Made by a program: the position numbers and the translations under genes. From NCBI GenBank assembly GCA_000002445.1, contig CH464491.1:3392001-3456000 (forward strand): a DNA stretch of 64,000 nt. Direction: 5' to 3'. Below, piece after piece: positions 57,241-64,000 of the stretch. The notes beneath the pieces are model-generated. The model was not told where the DNA came from. It did not search any database and saw only the letters and a list, made by a program, of their open reading frames with translations. How positions within the stretch are numbered: position 1 is the stretch's first letter; each line of letters opens with the position of its first letter. The stretch comes from Trypanosoma brucei (lineage: Eukaryota).

Positions 57241-58839
57241 AACACCTTTATACAAGAAGCAGTGCAAAGAGAGCAGAGGAAAATGTCTGAAACAAGGAAA
57301 GCCTCTTCACAGAGTCACCTTCTTCCTTAACACGTGAATTCGACAAGAGGCGTTTTGAATATTCATCACAACGCGTGGATGTAACCCCGTCGCCGTACGG
57401 AACCGTTGGGACTGGCCAGGACCATTCCCATGACAGAAGGGAAGCAGTCATTCAGAGCCAAAATGTAACCACGCTCAGGCCTCGTTTGGGGGAACGTCGT
57501 CCTCCCTTCGAAACCCGGTGTCACCTGCTTGGTTTGTGAAAAAGAATGTGCTCACCAGAAGTGCTGTTTTCGACAAACAACCTTCCTACAGCCGCTGTGC
57601 GGGTCGGATCAGCATACCACTCTCCACCAGAGAGGTCGGCAACACAGAGCAGCACCGAAACAGTCGTCGACGAGCAAAGCCGCCCACACAACACTCTTCC
57701 CTCACCCCATACAGCTCGCGAAGGTAATTTTAAAAGAATAAACGGCAATCACAGGGCCGGCCGACAGGCGCACGGCCCACCATGAAACCACGAACAGTCA
57801 TGCACACGCCGCGCAGCAGCCAACAGGGCGGCACACGGCCCCGCCCATCCCTCCGGCTAACCCGGTCCCTAGATGCCTCTGAAACATGGCCAAGAAAAAC
57901 AGCGGTGTCTCGCACCGACCGTCATTCCACATGAATTTTTAAAGAAACACACTGGGACAGAAAAATAAGCCCAGTCAAGCTGGCGAGCCGGCTATCCCAC
58001 AAAAAAAGGAGGAAGCCCGTCGCGCCGCACAGGGCAACACAAAACGGCCGCGGGCCGGCGCAAGCACCACCCCCCTCGCCCTCGCCGAGTTTGGGGTGTC
58101 CGCGGGGGACGAGGTCCCCACCAGCTTTAAATTCATAGCAGCGAGCGCACCCGCCGCACTTACTTAGCACGTCGCGGGCTCCGCTTCCCACATCTCCTAG
58201 GACCACTGGCGGCTGACTTTGGCGCGCCGACCACCCGCACAAGCACACCTCGCTTTGCAACATCTCGAGCGCAACGCCACTCGACGCTCCCACTAACGCG
58301 GACACAGAGGCTGGACGCATTTCTGGATGTGGCATAGTCCTATGTTCAACAATGGTATCCCCCTTTGGTGAGATGTCGGCCCACACTTTGGCAAGGTGGC
58401 GAAAGAGTAAGGTCTGGAAAATACCAGCTTAGGGACTTTTTTTCGGAGAAATACAGAGTTCTTTTTTAAAAAAATTTATCAGCCCTCACACTGCGACAGC
58501 GATCATCCGAATACCCCCACGGGCCGCCTATACAAATCGGGGAGCGAAATCTACCACGGACGCAGTCCCCGCTCCATTTCAACGGTGCCGTGCTGTATCC
58601 TTAACCTTCGTGAGTAACTGAGCCGCATGTGCTCGGTGAGGACGTACCGTTAAACACATTCTGCGCGGCATGGAAACAGTTAGACGCACTTCCGGCCTTT
58701 CAACCCGAGCACAAGGTTGGCACCCTCTCCGATTTTTTAAATATCTTTCCAGGAGCCCTTTCTTTGGTCCAGCTCCCTCCCCTACTCATGTAGCGCCCTT
58801 GCTCGCCACAAAAAAATAAGAGATGTGTATGTCAAAACT

Positions 58840-58888
58840 TTCTCTTCCTTACCTTTTCCTCTTGCCAAAACGCTCTTGCATGTGCCAG
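58840..58888 (+). promoter_or_regulatory. Polypyrimidine tract followed by the first AG: a candidate spliced-leader trans-splice acceptor on the plus strand
   Basis: ctttctcttccttaccttttcctcttgcc (58840-58868) is followed by the AG at 58887-58888. The telomere-repeat-complementary motif begins 10 nt downstream. Confidence 0.35.
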
Positions 58889-59790
58889 CTATATCGTCCC
58901 TAACCCTAACCCCCCCCCACACACACACACACGACGCAATCACACACTCCGTGTTGCCGATCTTTCTGTGCACTCTTCTGGCAACTGCCGCATAAAACAG
59001 CGCAAACTGACACCATCGCTCCCTTCCGTGCTGTCACACCCTCCTGGAAGGCGTTTTGCCTTCACCAGATTATGGACTGGTGGGCAGTTTATCGAGCCCA
59101 CCATTTCGAACAGTACGAGTTTACGGCCCCTTCTCAGGAAACATCATATCCGCTGCTGCCAGATACTGGAATTTTCCCGCCCGTAAGATTCGGACAATCT
59201 ACTCGTATATTGGGTTCCTAACGGTGGTCCGTTACCGAAAGCGAGTGTCGATATACGTGGGGATGCGGCGAAAAATACCGCTTTGACCAAAACTCGGTCG
59301 GCCCTCGCCTTCACACGCAGCCTCATAGCCCTTCCAGTGGAAAACTAGAGCCATTTCGATTTGATATCCAGCTTGATTTCCACATGGAAGCGCTTCGGTT
59401 TACGAAGCAATACTTTCTTTTTGTTCCTACCTCAAGAACAAGTGCACCGAACTGTCCCCTCATCGTTGAGAATCACTTCTTCAGCCACGAGTTGCAGCAG
59501 AGGAAACAGGGTAATTTACCCCATCTTAACTCTTCACACGAATATAGAATCGATTTTGATACCTTTAAGAGCATGTGTGCTTCCATGGCGAAAAGTAGAG
59601 GAATAGTAACACTCCCCTTTCCAAGCTCAAAGCATTTTTTTTCAGCCCGTACACCACCTTCCAGAAACTTCCCAGATTGGACGGAAACTAAACTATAAAC
59701 TGTGCTTTTCCTAGGCTATCTATTCCAGGAGTAAAATAAAAGGAAGAAGTGACACCTCTACGATGTGGAAACGCAAACGTTGCCGACACA
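58889..59790 (+). ncRNA. Candidate telomerase RNA (template-containing ncRNA). The 3' end is undetermined; the span shown assumes about 0.9 kb.
   Basis: 5'-CUAUAUCGUCCCUAACCCUAACCC-3' sits immediately after a trans-splice-like acceptor. CCCTAACCCTAACCC (58898-58912) is 2.5 C-strand telomeric repeats, that is, a template for TTAGGG. The surrounding interval is ORF-poor and lies next to a tRNA cluster. Confidence 0.3.
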
Positions 59791-60093
59791 GCCGGGTCGG
59801 TGGAGCTTTGTTTTCCGAGGCGCCCTATCTCCGTGTACCCGACTTGGGGGCTACACGAATGTTTTAATGGGTAGAAAAGAACGTGAGTTACCCGTAACCA
59901 CCGTTTGGAAAATTTTCTTTAAAGGAATCTACGGTTCTTGCACAAATGGATCCACCGGATCCACCTATGGACTGGCCGACCGTTTATCGCCGCGGCAACC
60001 GACTTCTTAGCAAAATACCGCATTACCGGACTCGCTTCAAAAACCTCTACAGCTACATCTCATAAAACGCTTGAAGGACCGCGCGGTCACGGC

Positions 60094-60164
60094 GGGAAGA
60101 TAGTTCAGTGGCAGAACATCAGATTGTGGCTCTGAATACCCGGGTTCGATTCCCGGTCTTCCCT
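60094..60164 (+). tRNA. tRNA-His(GUG): tRNA-His (anticodon GUG)
   Basis: A manual cloverleaf fits. Acceptor GGGAAGA/TCTTCCC, D-arm GTTC/GAAC, anticodon stem TCAGA/TCTGA with loop TTGTGGC, T-arm CCGGG-TTCGATT-CCCGG. It is 71 nt with a 4-nt variable loop. Confidence 0.85.
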
Positions 60165-60168
60165 CACG

Positions 60169-60172
60169 TTTT
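60169..60172 (+). terminator. RNA polymerase III terminator T-run after tRNA-His
   Basis: tttt starts 5 nt after the tRNA 3' end. Confidence 0.5.
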
Positions 60173-60225
60173 CTTATGATTTCGGACATAAACCCAGCTG
60201 ATTATACGAAAAAACGGTGTATCAG

Positions 60226-60297
60226 TCCGGTATAGTATAACGGTTAGAACATCTGGCTTTCACCCAGAAGATCCGGGTTCGATTCCCGGTACCGGAA
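60226..60297 (+). tRNA. tRNA-Glu(UUC): tRNA-Glu (anticodon UUC)
   Basis: Acceptor TCCGGTA/TACCGGA, anticodon stem TCTGG/CCAGA with loop CTTTCAC, T-arm CCGGG-TTCGATT-CCCGG, 72 nt. It closely resembles eukaryotic tRNA-Glu. Confidence 0.85.
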
Positions 60298-60298
60298 G

Positions 60299-60303
60299 TT
60301 TTT
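60299..60303 (+). terminator. RNA polymerase III terminator T-run after tRNA-Glu
   Basis: ttttt lies immediately downstream. Confidence 0.55.
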
Positions 60304-60356
60304 CGCAGTTCAATGCGAATATCCATCCCGAGGCCAAATCAACGAGGTGACCCGAA

Positions 60357-60418
<62 letters not shown>

Positions 60419-60429
60419 GGGTCGCGGCA
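60357..60429 (+). tRNA. tRNA-Phe(GAA): tRNA-Phe (anticodon GAA)
   Basis: GCCGCGATAGCTCAGTTGGGAGAGCGTCAGACTGAAGATCTGAAGGTCCCTGGTTCGATCCCGGGTCGCGGCA is a canonical 73-nt tRNA-Phe with A- and B-boxes. Confidence 0.9.
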
Positions 60430-60432
60430 AAG

Positions 60433-60437
60433 TTTTT
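60433..60437 (+). terminator. RNA polymerase III terminator T-run after tRNA-Phe
   Basis: ttttt starts 3 nt after the tRNA 3' end. Confidence 0.55.
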
Positions 60438-62619
60438 GCACCTCCTCCCACGTCACCTCTGAGCCTAACGTGGCTGCGGCTCCGTCACCACCGAATCACG
60501 GGGCCCAGCTGCCACAAGTGAAGGGAGGCAGAGAGTGCAGCCGCAGACCCTCACTAGTATCCAAGCGACTAGCACCGAGCGCGCTTGCGAGGGATGCTTC
60601 CTTTTTTTTAAATCTTGGAGTTATTCGTGTATGGAAAGGTGAAGGTCGGCTCCTCTCAAACATTTGAGGCTGAGAGGCGATTGGAAAAAGGTCTATTCTT
60701 TCTTTTTGGGAAACTACCTACAATGGTTGCAGTGCGGTCCGTGGGCGAAATATTCTTCACCCGCCTCCGCGAAGGTGCGTTCGGTGTTGGCATTATTTTT
60801 ACCCACCGTGAGTTTACTTGGCTTCAGGAAGTTGCATGCCCGCCCTTAGGCAAACAAAATACACTTACGCCACTAGGCGGGAGACCAGGGGGAGAGATGG
60901 ATTCGGTCACGGCCCTCTACTTCCGCTTTCTTCTTACCCTTGGGAGGGGGGATTTTTCAAGAAATTGGGCCATGCTTTCGCAGGAATTACGCCCCGCTGG
61001 TGCGGACAAAAGCCACCATCGTTGAGCAAAGCCGGTGCTGTCGGCAGAATTTTCGCGGCACGTAGGTGGCCACGGGACCACCTATGACACGTGCTCGTCA
61101 CCCCGGGCCAGCGGGGAAAACCCCAGTTTCACGGATCCGCTTTCCACTTCGCAACGCCTTCCAGGGGAGTAACAACGCGTGTGGCTGTAGGCTTCCCTTG
61201 AAGTATTGGGGCTGGGCGCCGGCGCCCCATTGAGGTATTTCCCACGGCACTCGGCTGCCGCATAGAATCCGGCCACCGCACTAGCTGTCTCTTGACCGCG
61301 GCCGTTAGCAGACCCCCGGTGCCACTCCGGCGCGCACGCCTTTATTGGGATGGATGCATCCTCGAATCGAGCATCCACGTTGTACTTCCCCACGGAAGCA
61401 GCAAGAGCTGAAGGTAGCTTCCCTCGCCCCGGGGTGATAGGTCGCCATCGTCCCATCAGCACAAGAGAGCACCCTCACTGAGGGTTAGCACGCTGCGCCC
61501 AGGGGGGGGGGACCCGGCTACACACTCCTCTAAGCGGATATTTTCTTCCACGCAGAAACTTGGCCACAACGACCAGGCCAATTATTCGTTACCCAACGCA
61601 AAATACCCTTTTCGGAGAGCAGCAACACCCATCCCCAGAACGGCACCGCCCCCCCCCCCGCTAGAAACATTATCCACCGACATGCATCCCAACTCGCAGA
61701 GATTGGGAGCGCGCATCCAAACATTCAGCAACAATACGTGGTTAACTCCCGTACTCCCTACATCACTGAATCATTTCACTCTAGCCAAAACAAATTTAGC
61801 GTACATATTCAGTCAAACTCCAACACAGGTGTCCTCCCCGGACGTCCCCACATTTACAACTTCACTGGACATTAACCGCGTTAACATACGTATTCAAAAA
61901 TCATACCCCAACCCCAACCCACCAAAGGCGCCGTTTTGTGGAATAAAATCGAACAGTCGCCACATGGGTCAAAATATTCGCTCGCCTGCGAAATGCATTC
62001 TCCTGTTGAACAGGAGCTGAGACCCCCGACAATGCAGTTAAGAAATAGAGTGAGGTCCACACATAATCAAAGACAGTCCGCTCCCGATCTGTGCATGCGT
62101 GAAGCAGCAATCGGGTAGCCGCATCCGCTACTGGTATTGCATTAGTGAGGTTACACCGCCTCCACACCACACCTCTAAACTCCAGTGGAGCACATGAGTG
62201 CCATCCTAGTGCAGCACTACTCGGTGTTCTATCCCTTCTTCCTTCACTGCTGTGTCCGGAAAGCAACACGGGGTCTAGAAAAGAGCAAGAGGAAGCGACA
62301 AAAGGTGAGTCTCCGCTTCACGTAGAGTGCCATCAACAGGGAAGAAGTCAGCGAAGTGGAAACACCACACACGCACACGTGCGGAGCTGGAAACTGTTCG
62401 AAAACAAGTAACTAATAAAAGGCGTTCGCTCAAAATATTAATAACAATAACAAACTACTAGTACCCATGGTTCCCATTCTTTTGTTTCAAAAGCTAACTA
62501 ACATATTCACTACCTACGTTAACACTAAGTGGGGTCACATTAAGCTCCACACAGCACCAGAGCCTGCGATGAGGCAGAAAAGTGGTTGTTGGACTCCAAC
62601 CCATCCGTTGCCGCTGGGG

Positions 62620-62970
62620 CTACCAGCCGCGATGGTAGAGGTGCTCGGGCGAACCAGTTAGTGTACACGTTAGGTGCCGGAAGAAATCCTGCCGATCACT
62701 GCCCCAGAACAGGTTGCGCCGCTCATCTGGTGACATATTTCGAAAGTCACCCACAGTCGGATTGTTGTTGATCCGCACGAACGCTAACTCCCGCATGTAA
62801 CCCATATCATCAAAGCGCCACTTTCGGGCCTCCGTGCGGACGGCAAACTCCAGCGGGTCGTTGTCCAGGTACTCAATTTCAATTGGCGGCGGCGTTATAG
62901 GAAAATGGAGAGAGCGCGCTTGTGGAACCGAGCAAGCACACGCAACGCGAGAGCCAGCGCGACGCAGCAT
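62620..62970 (-). CDS. Small hypothetical protein (116 aa) with an N-terminal mitochondrial-presequence-like segment (MLRRAGSRVACA...)
   Basis: The ORF-track start at 63084 is a TTG; the first ATG is at 62970. The sequence is coding-like (ARKWRFDDMGYMRELAFVRINNNPTVGDFRNMSPDERRNLFWG). No family recognised. Confidence 0.4.
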   Translation of the reverse strand: MLRRAGSRVACACSVPQARSLHFPITPPPIEIEYLDNDPLEFAVRTEARKWRFDDMGYMRELAFVRINNNPTVGDFRNMSPDERRNLFWGSDRQDFFRHLTCTLTGSPEHLYHRGW

Positions 62971-63342
62971 ACTTTTACCTTTCTTTATTAATGTCAATAA
63001 CTTCGCTAGATAAAGGAAGGGGAAAGCATGACGAGCAAAGAGGGACGACGGTGGTACTTGTGAACTCACTCGGTTACAAACCAATGTATGACACGACTCG
63101 ATGCATCGTAGACTAGAAGTTTAATCACCAAATACACGTTGTCAGGACCGATCGACGAGGTTTCAGTGCGCACTCCCAGACCCATCCGAGGGAAAGAGTG
63201 CGAAAGAAATTTTGTTTTCTTCACGTGCACATGCTTTAGGGATGCACAGTTGCAACCACAGCACAACGCTACGGGCAAATAAGTACCCCTTGCTGCGAAC
63301 AGAATCGGTCACTTCACGCCATACCATCCAAAACTAGATCTT

Positions 63343-63344
<2 letters not shown>

Positions 63345-63411
<67 letters not shown>

Positions 63412-63427
63412 ACACACACACACACAC
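63345..63427. repeat. Long (CA)n microsatellite (about 41 units, one G interruption)
   Basis: A run of cacacaca spans 63345-63427, with one gaca interruption in its last quarter. Confidence 0.9.
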
Positions 63428-64000
63428 TGATGCAGCTACGGTTGATTAAGCTTTTCGTGGCTGCGACCTCCCCGCCGACCCTCCAAGCAGCCACTGCAAC
63501 CGAACACGTCGAAGAGAATGGTAACATCAGCACACTAGCTTGGGCCAGACTGCGCCCGCACATCCCACCGACGATGCCTGGACAGATGGGTGCTGACTGC
63601 GCCAAGCGTCGCAAGTGTGCCACTCTCCGTGACTAACACAGATACGTTTCGGAACTTCACCGATCACTACGTAGTTGCTGGACGCGAGCGGATCCACTTA
63701 AGGCCGGGCGACGGGTTCAGCTGCCAACACAGCACCCTTGACTGTTATTTCTGAAATAGATTGGGGTCAAACGCCAAAAAAAACTGCACTTGCCTACAAC
63801 TTCCATACCCACCACCTACGGCACGCCGCCATCGCATTCCATCCATCACACCGAACCGTGTGTTTAAAAAATCATCTTAAGCTCAGCTGGCAATCGCCTT
63901 CTGTATCAATCCCAGAGGGTTGAGCACGCGTGGGTGAACCGCAAAACGTTTGGACGTAGGGTCCTACGGTCGTTTCCTGGAAGAGCAGGATTATCAAAGA

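Noticed and set aside
57922-58386. 154-aa minus-strand ORF in the GC-rich island
   Set aside because: No recognisable protein features. The ORF is explained by high GC content (few stop codons) and more likely belongs to a non-coding initiation region.
58898-58937. CCCTAACCCTAACCC plus C9 plus (CA)7 as an interstitial telomere or subtelomeric junction
   Set aside because: Only 2.5 hexamer repeats, deep inside a gene-dense internal region with no other subtelomeric elements. The template-after-acceptor geometry fits a telomerase RNA better. Kept as a finding, but the telomere-fusion interpretation is rejected.
59700-60000. A possible minus-strand Pol III small RNA (snRNA or 7SL) divergently upstream of tRNA-His
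   Set aside because: The position and a T-run at about 59735 fit the trypanosome tRNA-companion arrangement, but I could not match any known snRNA or 7SL conserved box by eye, so it is not listed as a feature. Only a search to run.
60615-61462. ORFs 60615..61025 (+) and 61082..61462 (-) downstream of the tRNAs
   Set aside because: GC-rich, Gly/Arg/Pro-heavy translations with no motifs, in an otherwise non-coding boundary region. Treated as chance ORFs.

Overview
This window looks like a kinetoplastid nuclear chromosome segment, most similar to the Trypanosoma brucei-group calmodulin locus. Nearly every convincing gene lies on the minus strand with no introns, which fits one long RNA polymerase II polycistronic transcription unit. 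The only clear plus-strand genes are three tRNA genes (His, Glu, Phe) at 60.1-60.4 kb, each followed by a T-run terminator. Genes I can recognise, all on the minus strand: two paralogous proteins built from 21-aa (63-bp) tandem coiled-coil repeats at 1-7.0 kb; a prefoldin-alpha-like protein; a torsin-like single-AAA+ protein with a signal anchor; a DEAD-box RNA helicase; a MYG1/UPF0160 protein; an atypical Rab-like GTPase; a P4-type phospholipid flippase; two tandem ubiquitin-ribosomal protein L40 (ubi-EP52) genes; an EF-hand protein (EFH5-like); four tandem identical calmodulin genes with an 839-bp period; an NEMF/Rqc2 homologue; SepSecS, the selenocysteine synthase; elongation factor 1-gamma; a PUB-domain protein; and several hypothetical proteins. 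The ORF track uses TTG/GTG as starts, so where I could verify an in-frame ATG I moved the CDS start to it. The most interesting signals are: (1) an ORF-poor 5 kb interval upstream of the tRNAs where a polypyrimidine tract plus AG is followed 10 nt later by CCCTAACCCTAACCC on the plus strand, a candidate telomerase RNA template; (2) a dynein-type microtubule-binding domain embedded in a non-dynein, tail-anchored, 21-aa-repeat coiled-coil protein; and (3) a 2-bp frameshift inside that protein's repeat array.
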